60,000 nt of DNA, taken from assembly GCF_018350175.1 (NCBI RefSeq), contig NC_058383.1, positions 18,726,001 to 18,786,000 on the forward strand, written 5' to 3'. Shown here in pieces: positions 11,402-27,199 of the stretch (positions are counted from its first letter, which is position 1; each line of letters opens with the position of its first letter). This stretch comes from Felis catus. Lineage: Eukaryota. The position numbers and the translations under genes are program-made. Below the pieces are notes generated by a model. That model was not told the origin of the DNA. It made no database searches and saw only the letters and a program-made list of their open reading frames with translations.

Positions 11402-11634
11402 ATTTTAAACTAACTTAACCTGCCTATGGTTTCCTCTGGAAAAAAGAGTAAGATAGCAGCTGTCAAGTCTTAGGTGTCATGAGGTGGCTCCCAGCAGTGG
11501 GTGTGGGTAGCAGTACAGTCTGTGGGTGCTGGTCCTTCTGCCTCTCACTGCCACACATCACCCAGCCTCCCGGGGACTGTTCTCTCATGTTGATGTTGGC
11601 CTTGTCTTGAGATTTCAGGTTTGTATGTAGTTTT

Positions 11635-11791
11635 TAAGTTCACGTTTCTAAAAGGTTAGAACGTGTGTGGCGGGGGGGAATCTCAGGCTCCACACCATCA
11701 GCACAGGGTTCAGTCTCCTGAACCATGAGATCGTGGTCTGAGCTGAAGTCCCGAGTCCCAGTGCTCAACTGACTGAGCCACCCAGGCACCT
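11635..11791 (-). mobile_element. CAN-SINE (internally deleted)
   Basis: Reverse head ...GACTGAGCCACCCAGGCACC. Confidence 0.75.
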
Positions 11792-13153
11792 GTTTTAATT
11801 GAAAATCATTTCCTCCTTAGAGCATCAGGGAGGTGGCACTAGTACTCGTGGGTAGGCAGGGGTGTTTCAGATGGGACCAAAGCCAGAGAAGGTGAGCTGA
11901 GGAGCAGGGCAGGAAAAGGATTACATACCAGGCTACAGATCCAGGGTGTGAGGGTTGGAAACCTGGTAGTTGGGGGGCATGATGTGGGTATATAGAGGTA
12001 AATAGAAAACAGATGTGCAGGGGTGGGGGTCCCCAGTGGAAGAGCTCTCTTAAGGGATGGCAATTGTGGTTGGGGGTGGGGCACTGATGGAAGAGGCAGC
12101 AGCAGAAAGCCAGATGAGCTCAGAATGTCTCCGGTGCAGATGGAGACCAGTCTCCGAAGTACCGAGATGGAATTGCTGTGGGTGCTGGGTGGTCCTCCTC
12201 AGGGAAGAGAACTTTGCTTCGTCCCACCAGGAATCCCGGGAAACCTTTCAGCCTTGCTCACTGACTAAAGCAAACCTGCCCTATCTTTGGACAGAACTTC
12301 TCGTGAAGTGCTTTTTGCTGCTGTCCTTTTCTTGAGCCCACTTCCGTGCTGTGAAGTCACAGGTTGGATGGTGACTCTCAAAACAGCTCTTAGGTTGGGC
12401 CTAAGAACCTCCCCACTCTGGAAGGCTGGTCAGTGCGGAACAGGCTCATTTGTCAGGAAGCAAGGCTAAAAGGGGTGCCCGTTAGTCCCTGTTGGAAGCT
12501 AACCTTTTTTGTTTGGGGTCAGCATCCTGGTCAGTCATTTCAAGTTTTCAAGCATTTTACTCCCCATTTATCTGGTAAAAAGTCCTCTCAATTTTAAATC
12601 TCGGTACATGCTCTAAACCTTCATCTTTGAAGGTTTTAAAGTTATACAATGAAACCTCCAATTGAAGATTGTCCTGTGTGTGGAATTGGTAATATATAGT
12701 GGGGATAACCTATCAAGCACACAGACTAGTTCAGGGACCTCCTTAGGTGCTGGGTGTTGGTCCTGGAGGTGAGCTGCAGCGTCCAGTATCTTAGCGCTTA
12801 GACGAGGGCAGGTAGACATTAACAGCCTAGTAACTACTCCCCAGGCACGGGAGGTGTGTCTGGCACCTCAGCCGAACCCATGCTGCGTCTCCCCCAGGAC
12901 AGCCAGCAGTATCCTGCCACGGCACTTTGCTAGACGATCCTACCCAGTTCGCTAGACCAGCTTTCCTCCTCTCCTTACGTCCCAGTGGTTGGGATCACTT
13001 GAAAACGCAAAGCTTTTCCAAAACGGTACCACAGACGTGAACTGAAGGGCAGCACACGAGCTCATGTGTCCCAGGCTCCCTGTTTATACTCCTCCATCCT
13101 CTCCAACTTAGACCAAGGACACGAGAGACACAACCTCCCTATTCACAGAACAG

Positions 13154-13159
13154 TTTATT
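13154..13159 (-). terminator. TUFM poly(A) signal
   Basis: TTTATT on + (AATAAA on -), about 165 nt past the stop codon. Confidence 0.75.
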
Positions 13160-13324
13160 GACCTACCTCACCTGGCAGGCCGTGGGCCCCTCCTGACCAT
13201 GAGAAGTGTCCGTCTAGCTGCACTGCTAGGCAGCAGCCCATGCCCTGGGAAGGGGGCATCGAAGCAGGAGAGAACGCTGGCCAGTGCAGCCTCAAACTCA
13301 AGAGAGCCTAAGCAGAGTCCAGAC

Positions 13325-16524
<3,200 letters not shown>

Positions 16525-16559
16525 TGTGGTCGTACTCGCGCCCGGAGTACCCGGTCCAG

Positions 16560-17110
16560 GGCGCCCGCGCGTGCAGAAAGGAAAGGGCACGGGAGACCGG
16601 AGGTCACTTCCGGCGGAAGTGAAGACAGGGAGGGCAAGCCGCGGTCCCTCTAGCCTCCAGTTTTTATGGCCATCTTTACGACTTCCGGGCGTGGGACCAA
16701 AGGCGACGCCCGGAAGGTGCTGGTGTTTCGCGGGCGGGGAGGGAGGGAGACGGTTTCCACAAGGCTCGCGGACCTCGAACCTCGCGGACTGACGGGGCAA
16801 CGCAGGTGTCTTTGGCGGCGCCGGGGACCGACGTGGAGCGTCCGGTCGCGCACCAGAGCCCCGCAGGCTCACGGGAGTTGTAGTTCCGGGTGGGGCGTGC
16901 TGTGTTTGCGCTGGTGGTGGGAGTCCCGTAGGGCTAGGCCGGGTCTGGAGCGAGGGTGCCGGCCTCCGGGAGGCGGAGGCGGCGGCGGCGGCGGCCCCGG
17001 CGCGGCCTGCTCGGGAACGGCCTGGCTCAAAGCCCCCTGGAGTCCGACCCACTGCGGGGGTCTGGCGAGAGATCTGGCGGCCCTTGAGCCGCCGCCGCCG
17101 CCGGAGGTAG
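16560..17110. promoter_or_regulatory. TUFM / distal SH2B1 bidirectional CpG-island promoter
   Basis: Inverted ETS/GABP pair 16604-16622; YY1-like GGCCATCTT near 16668; ZNF143-type GGGAGTTGTAGT 16873-16884; splice donor GAG|gtagg at 17106/17107. Confidence 0.75.
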
Positions 17111-19320
17111 GACCAGGCCCTGCGGCCAGGCGAAGAGAGGTGGGCCTGGGAGCCTTTCGCGGGTGGGGCGCAAGTGTGACACATCTCTCCGCCGAGTCTT
17201 TGTTTTCTTATCTGTAAAATGGGAACAGTAGGATCTACTTCATGGGGAGATTCTGACATCTGGCTCTGAGAAAATGAGCTGGACAGGAAGCAGGAAATAC
17301 GGTCCAGGGGCCTCCAGGTCCCACAGTCCTTGACCCTCAAATCCCTGCCCGCCTGGGTCACACAGCTGGCGGGGACAGCTCTGCCGTCCACCCCTGAAGC
17401 CCCTCAGCAGGCCAGGAGCTAATTCCCTTGATTTTCGCCCCACCCACTCATCCAGTTTTACTAATGATGCCAAGATTGAGGAACCGGCCTCAGGTGCCTG
17501 TAAGGGTAACCTGTCATGTTCCTGCGGTATCCCTGGCACCTGACACGGGGCGGGGCACCCAGTGAGTGCCCAGTGAATTTCTGTTGACTGAGTGAGTGCA
17601 AGGCTAGCAAATGACCTTTAGCTTTCACATCTATCATCTCGTCACCTTGCAATGATAACAGCAGCTGCTTAACCCTGATTGATGTTTCCGAAACTCATCG
17701 GATCCTAAGGCTCAGTTGACGGGTTTTGTTTCAAATAGATTTCCTAATTCCTCCCTGAAAAATTATGATTCAAGAGGGTCTCTGAGCACAGACGGGGAAA
17801 CTCTTGATTTATAACACACAGCTTCCCAAGCTCAAAGGAGTTTGGGAAACTCAGAACTAGAGCTTTGTGTGGATCAGGCGTTGTGCAAATGCTTTATATT
17901 GGTTCACATTCAGCATTCCCAGTGTTACCGCTTGTGGTTGAAGCCATTCTTTCCCCCGTTTTACAGGTGAGAAAACTTGAGCCTCAGGGTGATTTAGGAA
18001 CCCAATACCGCTAAACTCCAAGAAAAGTATGCACTTAACCACTGTACTGTCCTTTAACTGCCAATATACTTTTCAAATAAAATGAAGAACTTGCTAAGAC
18101 ATCTGTCCTGGCCCTCCAACCCATCAGCTCCACTTAGGAAGGCCCGGGGCCATAATTAAAAGAGCTTCTTTGTCTTTATCTGTATTTCATTCACTCCTCT
18201 CCTAGGAATGTCTCTTAAGACACTATTGGCCACTATCAGAATATGAGACTGGGGCGGGGGGGGGGGGGGTGGTATTTGAACGGATCCCTTCTATTTTAGT
18301 TTATTTGAACATGTATTAGTTTGAAAAAAAGGTAGCAAATACTGCGCTTAAGAAAATGAGTCAACTTAAAAGCCAGTGTTGGTAAGTAATATGGGTAGCA
18401 TAAATGCATGGCAGAGTTGGGCGAATGCGGTGCACGAATGACTGAAATTTGAAAAACGCCATGCTCGGAAGAGTCCAGAGGGAGAAAACCTTTTGTCCCG
18501 CTGTTGACTGTAGCATCCTCTGCAATAGTTAGGAGTCTTGATTTACAGATAACAGAGTCTACGTTGGCTGGTTTGCTCAGAAGGAGGACGTGTTTAAGGG
18601 TTTGGGGCAGCTTACAGAATCGTGGGACAGGCCGGAGCAACAGCTCCCTTACGGAACTTACGGAACCTGGTAAGACAGCTATTACTGCCACTGCCACCAA
18701 ACTCTAAACGCCAGGACTGAGACTCGTCTGCGACACCTCCTGCTCATGGCACCAAAGCCACCTCTGCCTCAAGAAAGTGACCCGTCCGACTTCCCAACCC
18801 TCCTGCCCCCAAAGTCCGGCAGATTCAAAGCCCCACTTGAAGGTGTCTGGCCAGAGAAGCCTAGATCGTCATAGGTCAGTGTTCTTGTAGTTCTTGTATC
18901 AGAGGAGCCTGAGAGATGTCGCCCGACTCTGATGGAGAGCAGGAGCGCGAGCACGGAATTTCCCCAGATGTCCAGCCGTGCTCGCTGACACGTGAGCTGT
19001 GTCACTCTGTGACACAGCTGTCCAGTACGGGGACATGGGAGCACGAGTCTGGTATAGCCACTGGATGAAGTAGGAATAGAGTGGGCTCAGACTTGCAGAG
19101 ATGTGGGGAGCCAGCCACCTGGGAGTGTGCTCGTGAGTGGTGCCGAATGAAGGTGGAAGGCTGGCTGCCATAGAAAAACAGCATTGGGAGGAGGGGGCGG
19201 CGGGGACAGCGACAAAGGAAGTGGAAAACAATCAGGACTTCAGGAGGCTGTGAATTTGCGTAGAGAAAGTTTTTTCTCTTTCTGACGTGTCTTTTGTATG
19301 ATTATAAAGAGAGAAACTGT

Positions 19321-19545
19321 GGGGCGCCTGGGTGGCGCAGTCGGTTAAGCGGCCGACTTCAGCCAGGTCACGATCTCGCGGTCCGTGAGTTCGAGCCCCG
19401 CGTCGGGCTCTGGGCTGATGGCTCGGGGCCTGGAGCCTGTTTCCGATTCTGTGTCTCCCTCTCTCTCTGCCCCTCCCCCGTTCATGCTCTGTCTCTCTCT
19501 GTCCCAAAAATAAATAAACGTTGAAAAAAAAATTAAAAAAAAAAA
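19321..19545 (+). mobile_element. Young felid-type SINEC_Fc
   Basis: CpG-intact body; TSD AGAGAGAAACTG. Confidence 0.92.
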
Positions 19546-19861
19546 GAGAGAGAAACTGCATTCTTTGTGCAGAATGTTGAACTCTAAAAAGACACGCTTG
19601 AAATCAAATGGCCTTCTGGGCCCCCCCTAGCAATCTATACGTTGGAGCTCCCGCTTAACAGCATTTTTCCGTCTTCCTCCAGGCAGGGCCCTGATTTTGT
19701 TGAAGGTGGCCCTTCCCCGAGTTCCGGGAATAAATCCTGACAGGTCTGCTTCTGGTGGTCCTATTCTCCTTGCCGGGGAGGTTGTTTAGGGGGTGACTTC
19801 TTTGGGGCCAGCGTTTGGTAAGAGGAATCTCCTTTGGGGGGCTTCCAGGGAAGGGTCCCTC

Positions 19862-20067
19862 TTTTTTTTTTTTAATGCTTATTTTTATTTGTGAGAGACA
19901 CTATGAGTGGGGCAGGGGCAGAAAGAGAGGGGGACCAAGAATCCGAAGCCGGCTCCAGGCTCTGAGCTATCACACAGAGCCCGACGCAGGGCTCGAAACC
20001 GTGAACCATAAGATCATGACCTGAGCCAAAGTTGGACGCTCAACCGACTGAGCCACCCAGGCGCCCC
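19862..20067 (-). mobile_element. CAN-SINE
   Basis: Poly-T then reverse body and head. Confidence 0.88.
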
Positions 20068-20845
20068 AAGGGCCCCTCACTCTTAAGGAGACACTGAAGA
20101 GAGGGACCGCCATCTGACTCTGGGTGTTGCTGGGTCTGGATGTGAAGCCTGGCACTACTCTGCCCTTATTTCCAGTCAGTGATGAAGCCAAAATCCAGAA
20201 GAGGGCAAAAGGCAGAGGGTTTTAGATGACTCCTTGAGGTGTGATGACTAATGTCCTTATTATTTAAGTCAGACTGTGTCAGAGTCATCTGTGGTCTACA
20301 TTCAAATACATCCTAACAGATAAGCTGTCTCACAGCATTTAATACCCTGAGGCCTAATTCTTGGTTTCCCCTCTCTGAGACTGAGTGGCCTGAATAGGGC
20401 CAGGACTGGGCTTCCTTTATCTCTGTATCCTCTGCCTGGCCCCTGTAGGCCTCTGAATGACTGCACTTGAACCACGGATGAGGCTTCTTCCAAGGGTGCC
20501 ACCACATGGTGCTACAAACGTAACGTGTCCAAAACACGACCCTCCGCCCTCCCCAGGCTGTGTGCTTACACATCTGAATACACACAGCACCACTTTTCTT
20601 CCTTCCCCTCGGCCCCAACATCTAACCCGTTAACCCAGTCCTGCTGGTCATCTTTCCAAAACATACCTTGAAGGTGACCACTTCTGTCTGTCTCCACTGT
20701 TGACACTGTGGTTCGGTCCAGAATCATCTGTCACCTAGGTTAGCTCACTGGCCTCTACAATGGCTCTCCCAGCTCCCGTTCCCCTCAATATCTGGCCAAT
20801 CCACCGTCCACACAGCAGTCAGACCAGGCTTTAAAATGTGGATCA

Positions 20846-21232
20846 GGGGGTGCCCGAGGGGCTCAGTCGGTTAAGCGTCCCGACTCTTGGTTTCAGCTCC
20901 ACGATCTCCCAGTTCGTGAGCTCGAGCCCTGGGTCAGGCTCTGTGCTGTCAGATTCTCTCTCTGTGATTCTCTCTCTCAGGCTCTGTGCTTCGGATTCTC
21001 TCTCTCCCTCCGCACTTTCCCTGCTCGCACCCTTTCTCTCCCTCTCAAAAGAAATCAACATTTAAAAAAGATAATAAAATGTGGATCGGAAGGAGCACGT
21101 GGCTGGCTCAGTCAGTAGAGCACGTGACTTGATTTCATCTCACGGTCATGAGATCGAGGCCCACACGGTATAGAGTTTACTTTAAAAAATAAATAAAAAT
21201 AAAGATTCCCTTTGAAATGTATAAAGTTTAAA
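20846..21232 (+). mobile_element. Two tandem CAN-SINEs (20846-21074; about 21090-21232)
   Basis: Two heads; flanked and separated by TAAAATGYGGATC repeats. Confidence 0.85.
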
Positions 21233-21592
21233 TAAAATGCGGATCAGAAATTAACCCCCCTTCCATGACTCCTTACAACACTTAGAACAAAATCCCAACC
21301 CGTAGTTTAAATGGCCAAATTGTATGGTGGGGGGATTATATATCAATAAAGCTGTCATAAAATCAATAATCCAAACTCCTCCCTGTGGCCCATCTCTTGG
21401 AGCCTGTCTCCTGTGATTTCCCTCACCCTCTCTCCTGGCCACACTGGCCATTCTTCTGTTCCACAGACCTCCCACGATTGTTTCTACCTCAGGCTCTTTG
21501 CACTGGTTGTTTCCTCTTCCTGCAGCGTCCTTCCCTGTAGCTTTCTCCCCAGGCTATTTCTTCCGCCATTATGGTCCCCCTCAACTGTCACC

Positions 21593-21809
21593 TTTTTTTT
21601 TTTTTTAACGTTTATTTATTTTTGAGACAGAGAGAGACAAAGCATGAATGGGGGAGGGGCAGAGAGAGAGGGAGACACAGAATCGGAAACAGGCTCCAGG
21701 CTCCGAGCCATCAGCCCAGAGCCCGACGCGGGGCTCGAACTCACGGACCGCGAGATCGTGACCTGAGCTGAAGTCGGACGCTTAACCGACTGAGCCACCC
21801 AGGCGCCCC
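21593..21809 (-). mobile_element. Young SINEC_Fc
   Basis: TSD CAACTGTCACCTTTT. Confidence 0.92.
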
Positions 21810-23277
21810 AACTGTCACCTTTTCTATCTAAAGTAGCCCCCAGCTCCCCTCTACATCAGTGGTCCTGTTTGGTTTTCTTCATAGCCCCTAAATATCTGAA
21901 ATTATTTTCTCAGTTTGCCTGTTGGTTGGTTTGTGGGGTTGATGTTGTTTTCTGTCTCACCAGGTCATGACAGTAAGAGCTGCTTTTTTACCCCAAGAAG
22001 AGTGCCTGACACGCAGGTGAAGAACCATTGGTTGAAGGAATTATGTGTTGAATTATTTCAGTTGAGCATTTGCGTTGGGCTTATTAAGGGTCCTGACGTT
22101 TTCAGTGGCAAGCAAGTTATGAATTCACGTTCACGCTGAAGTTAAAGGTGAGCCACTGCAACTTTTGAAGCTCTTGCTTTATTATCTATAAAATGGGGAT
22201 GGAGTGATGAAGTTAAATTTTACAATCTATAGGATTTCTTACAGCTGTAACCTCTGAAGGGAGCGTGGGGTCTGATGTCACTGAAATAAGTACTAGGCTA
22301 GCCAGCAACTCAGTGACAGATGGGGCACAAGGACCTAGAACTTTGTCCTAGTGCCATTCAACAGACCTATTGGAAGCTCAAGGGCATTCTTCAGTCTTCC
22401 CCACCGGCCAGCCTGGAAGTGCCTCCTCAGCGATCTCTTTGGACGTTCTCCTTGGTTCTAACCCCACTGTACTGCCCTGGCCAGGTCAGCACCAGCCTCC
22501 TCTCTGCTTCCAGTCACTACCCACCCCGCTCCTGGCCCTGGATTTCCTTCCAGACACCGAATTCTGATCACACCCCTGTCACTCAGATGCGACTGGAGAC
22601 ATTCCGGTTGCAAGTGCTTTGTGCATGTCACACAAAAGCTACTGAGTAGAAGGCACTTCAGAGGTGGCCTAGCTGGGTTGGCTGTGCATGGCTTCCTCCA
22701 GGAGGCCACCCCTTGAAGCGTGAAACTAGAAGGAGAAAGACTGGCGGAAGCGAGGGGAATGGTGCCTGTGGGTTCAGAGGCAGAGCCTAAGTGAAGCGAG
22801 AGTACTTTGTGTTGTCAAAATACCCTGGTTGAGCACAGTATGACGTGGAGGGGCAGGAGGTCCTGACCAAAGCACCAAAGCTGAAGTTGACATCCCAGGA
22901 AAGAGGACAAAATAGGAGAAATCCCCATCTCTTGGCGCCAGGGGGGCGCTAGGGTCAAGATGACCTCCAGAAGAATCCCCCAAGCAACCACTTCCCCTTC
23001 TGACAGAGACCATAGCTTTCCTTTGAAGAGCCACACTCCGCAGTGCTCAGCCCATCCCAGTTTCAGACGACGGGTCCGTGATCCAGCACTTTACCAATCA
23101 GCATCATCTACCCTTGTGATCACAAATGTTGGTTCAGGGTTAGTATTTTTGTTTCAACCCGAACTGGTGTGCTGAAGTTCAGTTCTGGGACTAACTCTGA
23201 ACTAACTAACCCAAAGTTAATTCAAACCCCACAAGCTAAGTAAGGGCTCCCTCCTCCACAAGAATGTCCCCGTTTGT

Positions 23278-23498
23278 GGGGCGCCTGGGTGGCGCAGTCG
23301 GTTAAGCGTCCGACTTCAGCCAGGTCACGATCTCGCGGTCCGTGAGTTCGAGCCCCGCGTCGGGCTCTGGGCTGATGGCTCGGAGCCTGGAGCCTGTTTC
23401 CGGTTCTGTGTCTCCCTCTCTCTCTGCCCCTCCCCCGTTCCTGCTCTGTCTCTCTCTGTCCCAAAAATAAATAAAAACGTTGAAAAAAAAAAAAAAAA
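23278..23498 (+). mobile_element. Young SINEC_Fc
   Basis: 17-bp TSD AAGAATGTCCCCGTTTG. Confidence 0.93.
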
Positions 23499-23943
23499 GA
23501 ATGTCCCCGTTTGAGACGCCAGCTGCAAGGGGAGTCCCATCCGTCTTCACTTCTGACCAACCTGCTCCAGATGCGGGAGTTTCCCATGACCCCCCTCAGG
23601 TGTGATAATTTGCTAGAACAACTCACAGAATGCAGGAAAACACTTACGATCACAGTTTTATAGTAAAGAATACAATTTAGCAACAGCCAGATGAAAAGAT
23701 CACGTAGAGTGAGGTGAGGTCTGGGAGGGTCCACAGGCAGAGCTTGCGTGCCCTCCATGGAACCAGGGCATGCCACCCTCCCGGCACATCAATGTGGTCA
23801 CCAACCAGGAAGCCCCATTGAGTTTCAGTGCCCAGAGTTTTTCATTTCATTTCTTAGACGTGATTGATGAAGTCCTCGCCGTGTGACTGAACTCAATCTC
23901 CAGGGAAGGCAGGGGTCCAGCTGCCTCAAAATCCCAAACCTCT

Positions 23944-24063
23944 GGGGAGCCTGGCTGGCTCAGTCGGAAAAGCATGTTACTCTTGGTCTGGGGGAGGGGG
24001 AGTGAATTTGAGCCCCACGTTGGGTGTAGAGATTATTTACATAAATAAACGAACTTTTAAAAA
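23944..24063 (+). mobile_element. Short older CAN-SINE
   Basis: tRNA head plus A-rich tail. Confidence 0.75.
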
Positions 24064-24169
24064 TCCCAAGCCTCTAATCACAAAGTTAGTCTTTCTGGTG
24101 ACCAGCTTAGCGCCTGAAGCTATCTAGGGGCTTGCCATCAGTTACCTCATTAGCAAAAACTCTGTGCCA

Positions 24170-24300
24170 GGGGGTGCCTGGGTGGCTCAGTCGGTTGAGC
24201 TCTTGATGTGGGCTCAGGTTATGATCTTGTGGTTCAGGAGTCCAAGCCCCGCGTCAGGCTCTGTGGAGCCTGCTTGGGATTCTGTCTCCTTCTCTCCCTG

Positions 24301-24348
<48 letters not shown>

Positions 24349-24405
24349 TCTCTCTGTCTCTCTCATAAATAAACAAACACATGTTTTTTAGAAATTAAAA
24401 AAAAA
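24170..24405 (+). mobile_element. CAN-SINE with long (CT)n
   Basis: Head, (CT)n about 24302-24345, A tail. Confidence 0.88.
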
Positions 24406-24479
24406 GCTCTGTGCCGGGAAGCTGGGACAAAAACCAAATTCTTCACTCTACAGCAGACAGTCGTTGGGTGGCCCAAGCT

Positions 24480-24840
24480 GAGCCGATGGGACTCAACCCT
24501 GTTGCGTTTACTGGAACTATTGGGAAAGCTATGATCTTTCCCCAGGACGATTGTTAAGCTAGTAGAAAGTACGCTTGGAGCTGCTGGGAGCCATCTGGCC
24601 ACCCATGAGGGGACCATCTGCCTAAGGATTAAGACAGTCCAGAGGAAAACAGAGCTAGGAGACTGAGGCCAAGTTCAAATGGACGTTTATAAGAGCCTCT
24701 GGCTTCAGCCATGCCCGAAGTCATCCCACCTCTGATTTCTCAATTCTGTGAACCAGTAAGCTCCTCCTCTTTTCGTGCTGAGACCTTGACTTGGGAGGGG
24801 GGGGGGTGCTCTGTTACTGGTAGCTAAAAGCATCCTGAGT
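24480..24840 (+). mobile_element. MaLR LTR (MLT1-like) fragment
   Basis: GGAGCTGCTGGGAGCCATC...CAGCCATGCCCGAAG...CTGTTACTGGTAGCTAAAAGCATCCTGA. Confidence 0.5.
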
Positions 24841-25469
24841 ATCACATCCTCTGTTCCTGCAGAAGAAGTGCTTCTCCCTTTTATATGAATACTTTGGCTT
24901 AACGTGGGTCCTGGGTCCTACTGTTCTACCGTCCCCCAAACCTCACTCCAATTACTATCCTTTCTACTGGATCCTCTCCCTTTAGACTTTCCGTGTAATC
25001 AGGCATCCCTCAGGACTCGGCTCTCCATAGTCCTCCTCCTGTTTCTTCACCTTCACTCCTCAATCCACCACCACCTGGCTTTTGCTTCTCCCGCTTCCCT
25101 AAAATCCCTCTCACCGAAGTTGCTGAGCAGTCGCTAAGTTGCCGAGGGAGAGAAGCAGAAAAATATTCACCTTCAGCCTAGAAGACTAACCTAAAGCCTG
25201 CAGAGTTCTGACAAGGATCAAATACGTGCTGGCTGCTATAGTCTTAAAGGGTCTCGTGACTGTCAGCACATCTCACCGATAGTTAATATTGAACCGAATG
25301 ATAAGCACCAGAGAAATCTTGCGAAAGTGGTTTTACGAGTAGAAATTCGAAGAAAACCTTTGTGATCTGATACTCCCTGCACACCCCCTCCCCCTTGAAC
25401 ACTAAGCATATAAACACCACCGTCATACAGCAAAAGTACAGATCTTTCTGCCCACTTTCAGGCCACTGG

Positions 25470-25770
25470 GGGCTTCGCCTTGATAAACTGATGTCTCCAG
25501 GAGTATCCCTTTGTCAAAAGCTGAGGAACGTGGGTATATGTCCCTTGTTTCTGGACAAATCTGAGGCATAACCTTCATCCAGAGCTCCCCTGCAGGATCA
25601 AGTTGAACTACTCTCTGCCCGAGGTCATACGTTTGCTTGGTTTCCTTTCCTTCCCTCTCCCACTTCTCCCACTCTTACTGGTTTCTTCCGGTAGCACTTT
25701 TTGACTAAATCACTTGCACACAAATCCTCCTCTCAAGGTGTGCTTCTGGGAAACGTGACCTAAGACATCA
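25470..25770 (+). mobile_element. LTR16-like ERVL LTR 3' end
   Basis: AATCACTTGCACACAAATCC...TGCTTCTGGGAAACGTGACCTAAGACA terminus. Confidence 0.55.
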
Positions 25771-25989
25771 TCTCGGCGCTTTCTACTCCAGTGTCGCTGC
25801 CTACCTGTTAAGTGCGGCTAGTTTTCCAGAATTAGGTCTGGGGCCCTATTCTCTCTCCCGATATTGCCTGCACACTCTCACTGATGTCCGTGGCTTCAAC
25901 CACTACTCACTCCTGATCGCCACCAAACTGCTTTATGCAGCTCACTGTAGTAGCTCTATCTCTGCTGGACAGCTCCGCCTAGTTGTCCT

Positions 25990-26182
25990 TGACGGCTCCT
26001 GCACTAATACAGTCGTCATTACCTACATGTGGCTACCGTAATTAATTAAAACTTAAATTCCATCCCCTAGTCACACCGGCCACATTTCAAGTGCTCAATA
26101 GCTACACACGGCTAGTGGCTTCCACACTGGATAGTGTCGATACAGAACATCTGTCGTTGCAGAAAGTTTTATCGGACAACTG
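25990..26182. mobile_element. MER3/MER33-like hAT MITE
   Basis: CCACATTTCAAGTGCTCAATAGCTAC...GCAGAAAGTTTTATCGGACAACTG. Confidence 0.6.
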
Positions 26183-27199
26183 AGACACATTTCCAAACCT
26201 AACTCATCATCACTAGACCCTTGCCTCTCTGCATTCCTCAACTGTGCCTCTCTCCTAGAAACGGCGGGGAGAAACCTCAGAGACTACAGACACTGGAAAT
26301 TACAGAGGAAGTGTGTGTAAGGGTTTCAGGGAGGAGGGAGGAATTGACATCTTCCTCCGAACTGGGAAGATGCATGGACAGAGACAGCAATGAAGACCTT
26401 AGCCAAGGCCACCTGCGGGCTGATGTCAGCTTGGTTAGAGCAGAGGCAGAGCTGGGGGAGTACAGCTGGCGAGGCAGGAACTTGCCTTCTACAACGAATT
26501 TTTCCAACTCCATCTGGCAGCCTCAGCCTTGAATAAACATTCTTGTGTGAGTCAGGGGATTTATCCATCTCCAGTCTCTTGTGTTCCGGGATGAGTATTT
26601 GATCCAAGCCAATCAGCTAAGGTCAGTTCTGGAAATTTGATTGCAAATCTCAGAAAAGAAGCAGGCTGCTTCTACTTGAGTTGCTTAGCTATTAGGACTT
26701 AAGTTTGGAGCCAAAGAAAGCCATTTTACCACTGAGATAGGCCGGCCTGCGAGTGAGGTCAAGTGCATGGGGAAAGAACAGCCTAGAGAAGAACCACAGG
26801 TTTCTCCTATCTTTTGGCTCTTTTATTCAACTGTCCCTGAAGAAGCTAGAGCCGCTCTTTTCAATCGCTTCAGCCAAGATTCCCCTATTGCTTAGGTAGG
26901 CCAGTTGGAGCTGGGTCAGCGAGAGACCTGAGATGACTGATCTCATTGTGCTTATGATTTCAACGGCTCTCTATACCTTAATGATTCTCCATTTCTGTGT
27001 CTGGTCTTTATGTTTCTCCTGAGCTCCAGACTGTATGTCCACCTGCCCCCCGCGACGTCCCACAAGCATGTCCAAAGTGATGTCTTTATTTCTGCCCTTC
27101 ATCTTTACTTCTCCTCTCAGATGGAGCCTCCTAGACCTCCAGTCTCGTTCCTCCGGGAAGCCAAGGTCCTAAGTTCAGGCTCCGCCTCTTCTCGGGGCC

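Larger units (their letters stand above)
20600..22060. mobile_element. Ancient L2 LINE fragments interrupted by SINEs
   Basis: L2-like pyrimidine-rich motifs (CTCAGGCTCTTTGCACTGGTTGTTTCCTCT); family name from recall. Confidence 0.5.
23140..24450 (-). mobile_element. MER21-like ERVL LTR with three nested SINEs
   Basis: Motifs AATTTGCTAGAACAACTCACAGAA and CATGCCACCCTCCCGGCAC...ACCAACCAGGAAGC resemble MER21 (recall). Confidence 0.6.

Noticed and set aside
19232..19561. Recurring ORFs such as RETEHERGRGRERGRHR (also at 21571, 23222, 49966, 57953)
   Set aside because: Translations of CAN-SINE sequence, not genes.
22933..22951. CTCF-like GCGCCAGGGGGGCGCT
   Set aside because: One extra G breaks the core spacing; not supportable without a PWM scan or ChIP data.
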